Part shown: one piece after another, positions 60,147 through 64,000 of the stretch | Layout of the letters: each line of letters starts with the position of its first letter | Numbering within the stretch: the first letter of the stretch is position 1 | NCBI GenBank assembly: GCA_039586365.1 | Contig: JBDHKN010000026.1 | Span: forward strand, 24,725-88,724 | DNA length: 64,000 nt | Direction of reading: 5' to 3' | Origin: Gemmatimonadota bacterium | GTDB lineage: Bacteria; Gemmatimonadota; Gemmatimonadetes; Gemmatimonadales; GWC2-71-9 | Notes under the pieces: model-generated | Told to the model about the DNA's origin: nothing | The model's input: the letters and a program-made list of their open reading frames with translations, nothing else | Database searches by the model: none | Program-made: the position numbers and the translations under genes

Positions 60147-61738
60147 GCCGACACCTCCGCGGCACTCGGCCGGGCCGCTAGCGCCCCGGTGTAACCCACT
60201 GTCTCGTAGGACATCCCGGAGAACGCAGCCTCCCGCTCTGCCAGCAGCTGGAAGGCTTGGGCGGCGTCGCTCGAGGATTCGCCCCGGCCCAGCTCGGCCA
60301 GCAGCTCGCTCAGCACCCACCAGGCGGGCCGCGCCATGCCCGGCCCCGACTTGGCCTGGAAGTAGCGTTGCACCCTGTGGTCGCGGTTGACGAACGAGCC
60401 GTCTTCCTCCGCCGTATTCGTGATCGGAAGCACGACGGCGGCGCCGCGCACGGCGTCCTCCAGCACGGTGCCCAGATAGATCAGGTGGGCGGCACGCTCC
60501 AGCGTCTCGCGAGCCACCCCACTCGGTAATTCACCCAGCACGATCGCCACGGAGGCACCGTCCAGCGCCGCGACGGCTGCGGCGTAGTCAGTGGTGAACC
60601 CGAGCAACCGCGCTCCCGTGGCATTGGGGGCCCGTTCGCTCCGCAGCGCCAGGCCGGGCACTCCCGGCAGCGGCGCTTCGCCCGCGACCTGCTCTGCCTG
60701 GAACGCTCCTTTCACGGTGAAGTCCGCCAGCAGCTGGCGCAGCAGGAACAGCGCCTCGGTGGATACGGCGGGAGAGACCAGGGCCACAGCCGTGCCGCTC
60801 GACCCCTTGACGATCCGCGCCACCCGATCCAACGCGTGATCCCAGTCGGTGGCCACCGGAGCCGCGCCGTCCTTGATCAACGGAGCCTCGAGCCGATCGC
60901 CGCGATTGAAACCGCGATAGTTCAACCGGCCGTGGTCACACATGAAGTAGCGATTGACCTCCAGGTTGGCGCGCGGGTGCACGCGCACCACCGAGTTGTC
61001 GCGGGTCTCCAGCACGATGTTGCAGCCCTGCGAGCAGCCGGTACAGATGCTGGCGGTGCGGTCCACCTCCCAGGCGCGAGCCTTGTGCAGGAAATCCTTG
61101 GACAACAGCGAGCCCACCGGGCAGAGATCCACCACGTTGCCCGCCCAGGGATGATCCAGTTGCCGCTCGGGATGGATCCCGATGAACGCCCTGTCGCCGC
61201 GCTCGGCCACGCTGATCACGTCGTCGTCCGCCACGTGTTCCATGAACCTGACGCAGCGGGTGCACAGGATGCAGCGGTTCGGCACGTAGAGGATGTCGGG
61301 CCCGAAATCCTCCACCGGATCGAACCGCTTGGAGTAGGTGGGCGTGTAGCGCGTGCGGGGCCGCCCCTCACGGAACACGTAGTTCTGCAGCTCGCACTCG
61401 CCGGCCTGATCGCAGATGGGGCAGTCCAGTGGGTGATTGATCAGCAAGAACTCCAGCACGCTCTCGCGGGCCTTGAGGGCCTTGTCGCTGTAGACGCGTA
61501 CGTTCTGGCCTGCGGCGACCTGGGTGTGACAGCTGATCTGCAGGTTGGGCGCCCCTTCCACCTCCACCAGACACATGCGGCACACACCGGCAATGGGCAG
61601 GCTGGGGTGATAGCAGTAGTGGGGGATCACGATGCCCACCCGCTTGGCGGCCTCGAGGATGGTGGTGCCCTTGGGCACCGTCACCTCGCAGCCTTCGATC
61701 GTGAGAGTCACCATTTCCTGCTGGCCTGTCGCCGTCAT
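60143..61738 (-). CDS. nuoG: NADH-quinone oxidoreductase subunit G (short, 531 aa)
   Basis: CYH..CRMC, HPLDCPICDQAGEC, CILCTRC, CTGCSQGC. Confidence 0.95.
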   Translation of the reverse strand: MTATGQQEMVTLTIEGCEVTVPKGTTILEAAKRVGIVIPHYCYHPSLPIAGVCRMCLVEVEGAPNLQISCHTQVAAGQNVRVYSDKALKARESVLEFLLINHPLDCPICDQAGECELQNYVFREGRPRTRYTPTYSKRFDPVEDFGPDILYVPNRCILCTRCVRFMEHVADDDVISVAERGDRAFIGIHPERQLDHPWAGNVVDLCPVGSLLSKDFLHKARAWEVDRTASICTGCSQGCNIVLETRDNSVVRVHPRANLEVNRYFMCDHGRLNYRGFNRGDRLEAPLIKDGAAPVATDWDHALDRVARIVKGSSGTAVALVSPAVSTEALFLLRQLLADFTVKGAFQAEQVAGEAPLPGVPGLALRSERAPNATGARLLGFTTDYAAAVAALDGASVAIVLGELPSGVARETLERAAHLIYLGTVLEDAVRGAAVVLPITNTAEEDGSFVNRDHRVQRYFQAKSGPGMARPAWWVLSELLAELGRGESSSDAAQAFQLLAEREAAFSGMSYETVGYTGALAARPSAAEVSA

Positions 61739-63042
61739 ACCGCTGTCACCGCCACTCGCTGCGACCCATTGATGTACGCCTCGAATTCACCGCGGAACTT
61801 GTTGATGCCGCTCACCACCGGCGCCGCACAGGAGTCACACAGGGGGCAGATGGTGCGGCCGGTCATGTGGTGCGACAGATCGAGCAGCAGATCGAGATCC
61901 TCGAGCTGGCCCTGGCCGGCCAGAATCCGCCGCAGGATCCTGGTGGTCCAGGCGGTGCCCTCGCGACATTGGGTGCACTGGGCACAGGACTCGTGCGCGT
62001 AGAAGTGCGCCAGGCGCATGATCTGGTACACCATGTCGGCGCTGTCATCGAACACGATCACGCCACCCGACCCCAGCATGGTGCCGACTGCCACACAGCC
62101 CTCGTAGTCCAGCAGGCAGGCCTCGGTCTCCGCGCGGTTCAGAATCGGCACCGACGAGCCTCCGGGGATGCACGCCTTGAGCGTGCGGCCGTCCCGCATG
62201 CCGCCGCACAGATCGTAGATCAGGTCTTTCAAGGGGAAACCCAGCACCACTTCGTAGTTGCCCGGTTTGGCCACCTGGCCGCTGACAGAGAACAGTTTGG
62301 TGCCGGCGCTCTTGGGATTGGAGAGACTCAGCGATTTGTACCACTCAGCCCCGTTGTTGATGATGTACGGCACCGAGCTCAAGGTCTCGACGTTGTTGAT
62401 CGTGGTCGGCATGCCGAACAAGCCGCGGGCCGCCGGGAACGGCGGCCTGATGCGGGGATTGCCGCGCCTGCCCTCGATTGAGTTCATCAGCGCGGTCTCT
62501 TCACCGCAGATGTAGGCGCCCGCGCCGCGATGCACGTACATGTCGATGCGCTGTCCGGAGCCCATCGCGTTGTTGCCGAGCACCCCGTTGGCGTACGCCT
62601 CGGCGAGCGCCCGCTCCATTACCGCTATCGGCTCGGTGAACTCGCCCCGGATATAGATGTAGGTCACCTCGGCCGAAATGGCGTAGGCCGCGATGGCACA
62701 GCCCTCGATCAAGCCGTGCGGCGTCCAGCGCATGATCTCGCGGTCCTTGAACGTGCCGGGCTCCGACTCGTCCGCGTTACAGCAGAGATAGTGCGGCTTG
62801 GTGCGCTCCTTGGGCATGAACGACCATTTGAGGCCGGCCGGGAACCCGGCGCCCCCGCGGCCGCGCAGCCCCGACTCCTTCACCAGGTCGATGATCTGCT
62901 GGCGCTCCATGGACAGGGCCTGTCGCAGGGCCTGGTAACCACCCCGCTGGACCCAGCCGTCGTAGGATCTAGCCCCCGCGTCGCCGAAATACTTCGAGAG
63001 GACCTGGGTCTCCTTGGGATGGGGAGGATGCGGATAGCCCAT
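61735..63042 (-). CDS. nuoF: NADH-quinone oxidoreductase subunit F
   Basis: GRGGAGF, ADESEPGTFKDR, YICGEETAL, ESCAQCTQCREG. Confidence 0.97.
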   Translation of the reverse strand: MGYPHPPHPKETQVLSKYFGDAGARSYDGWVQRGGYQALRQALSMERQQIIDLVKESGLRGRGGAGFPAGLKWSFMPKERTKPHYLCCNADESEPGTFKDREIMRWTPHGLIEGCAIAAYAISAEVTYIYIRGEFTEPIAVMERALAEAYANGVLGNNAMGSGQRIDMYVHRGAGAYICGEETALMNSIEGRRGNPRIRPPFPAARGLFGMPTTINNVETLSSVPYIINNGAEWYKSLSLSNPKSAGTKLFSVSGQVAKPGNYEVVLGFPLKDLIYDLCGGMRDGRTLKACIPGGSSVPILNRAETEACLLDYEGCVAVGTMLGSGGVIVFDDSADMVYQIMRLAHFYAHESCAQCTQCREGTAWTTRILRRILAGQGQLEDLDLLLDLSHHMTGRTICPLCDSCAAPVVSGINKFRGEFEAYINGSQRVAVTAV

Positions 63043-63065
63043 TACCCAACCCTTCCCTTCCCCAC

Positions 63066-63146
63066 GGAGAGCGGGGAGCGGGGAGCGGGGAGCGGACCGC
63101 ACCACCCCACACCGCGCCGGGGAGCGGAGAGCCGGGAGCGGGGAGC
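63066..63146. repeat. Two arrays of four GG(G/A)GAGC-like heptamers separated by 25 bp, in the nuoE-nuoF gap
   Basis: Arrays at 63066-63093 and 63119-63146. Confidence 0.85.
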
Positions 63147-63151
63147 GGGCC

Positions 63152-63646
63152 TCACTTGTACCGCTCCAGCACTTCGGGTACAGTTTCCGGCGTCACGCTC
63201 TCGATGAAGTCGTCGTCGATGAGAATCGGCGTGGCGAAGCCGCAGGCGCCGAGGCATTCGACTTCGGCGACCGTGAACTTGCCGTCCGGAGACGTGGCGC
63301 CGAGTGAGCCGCAGCCGGTGTGTTCGAGCAGTGCCGCCACCACGGCTTCGGCACCGCACACGTTGCACGGCGAGGTGGTGCACACCTGGATGAAGTGTTC
63401 CCCCACCGGGTGCTCGTGATACATCGTATAGAACGTGACCACGCCCTTGACGTAGGCAGCCGTCAAGCCCAACACGTCCGCCACCTCGGTCATGGCCTCA
63501 GGCGCTATCCAGCCCCGCGCCTGCTGTACCAGCCACAGGGCGGGCAGCAGGGCGGCCTGCTTGTTCGGGTAGCGGGCGAGGATGGTGTCCAGCTGCTCGC
63601 GCGCCCCACCGGTAAAGACTTTTTCGTATTCCGTCGCTTGATGCAT
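63152..63646 (-). CDS. nuoE: NADH-quinone oxidoreductase subunit E
   Basis: VTFYTMY, CTTSPC, CLGAC. Confidence 0.96.
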   Translation of the reverse strand: MHQATEYEKVFTGGAREQLDTILARYPNKQAALLPALWLVQQARGWIAPEAMTEVADVLGLTAAYVKGVVTFYTMYHEHPVGEHFIQVCTTSPCNVCGAEAVVAALLEHTGCGSLGATSPDGKFTVAEVECLGACGFATPILIDDDFIESVTPETVPEVLERYK

Positions 63647-63682
63647 AGCTCCGTTACAATCTCCGGGTGCCGCTCCGACCGG

Positions 63683-64000
63683 CTAGCGGTCGATTTCCCC
63701 CATCACGATGTCCACGCTGGCATTGATCGCAATCAGATCGGCCAGCAGGTGCCCTTCGGCCATCTTGGGCAGGGCCGACAGATTGATGAACGACGGCGGC
63801 CGAATGCGCCATCTCACCGGCTTGGCGGTGCCATCGGAGACGAAGTAGTAGCCCAGTTCGCCCTTGCCGTTCTCGATCGACATGTAGGTCTCGCCCACCG
63901 GGGCCGGCACACCCTCCATGACCTGCTTGAAGTGGTGGATCATCGACTCCATATCGGTCATGGCCGCGGTCTTGGTAGGCAGAATGACCCGGTGGTCGTC
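63683..64000 (-). CDS. nuoD: NADH-quinone oxidoreductase subunit D, C-terminal part (truncated by window)
   Basis: MESMIHHFK, E.GKGELG, RIRPPSF, DIVMGEIDR. Confidence 0.95.
   Translation of the reverse strand, partial: DDHRVILPTKTAAMTDMESMIHHFKQVMEGVPAPVGETYMSIENGKGELGYYFVSDGTAKPVRWRIRPPSFINLSALPKMAEGHLLADLIAINASVDIVMGEIDR

Noticed and set aside
51328..62002. Long + strand ORFs (51328-52833, 58956-60194, 60836-62002)
   Set aside because: Antisense shadows of pgm and nuo genes with no domain signatures
63066..63146. Repeat-spacer-repeat layout as a mini-CRISPR
   Set aside because: Units are 7-bp microsatellites with a single spacer and no cas genes

Overview
GC-rich bacterial chromosome segment; gene content and order suggest Gemmatimonadota (inference). 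It spans the probable replication terminus: almost all genes left of ~16.4 kb are on +, all genes right of it are on -, and a near-canonical XerC/XerD dif site lies at the switch (16502-16529). Left arm: murJ (partial), uvrC, thrC-like, larC, TPR/FxLYD protein, tRNA-Gly(CCC) followed by an orphan CI-like HTH gene, DUF512 radical SAM, der-plsY-gpsA-merR-surE-pcm-dedA-acyP, tRNA-Arg(CCT), YfgM-like. Right arm in transcription order: nuoD-N, pgm/pmm, arcC-sucCD-[EIIA-like/CBS]-ndk, yceD-rpmF-plsX-fabHDG-acpP-fabF-purE, aminotransferase, ispF-dedA-xerD-trpG/pabA, and a ~19.5 kb tightly coupled run kdsB-pyrG-kdsA-kdsC-lptC-lptA-lptB-rpoN-glycosylation genes-dapF. Best candidate for an undescribed system: a YfhO (GT-C)/polyprenol-P-sugar synthase/flippase-like locus, together with strong enrichment of the Bacteroidota-type O-glycosylation sequon D-[S/T]-[AILVMT] in exported proteins, including a 21-bp tandem amplification of that sequon in lptA. 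Also notable: LptB with an extra N-terminal domain, a His-less EIIA-CBS protein between sucD and ndk, several apparently leaderless genes, and a recurring AT-rich palindromic motif. All calls are by eye; no searches were run.
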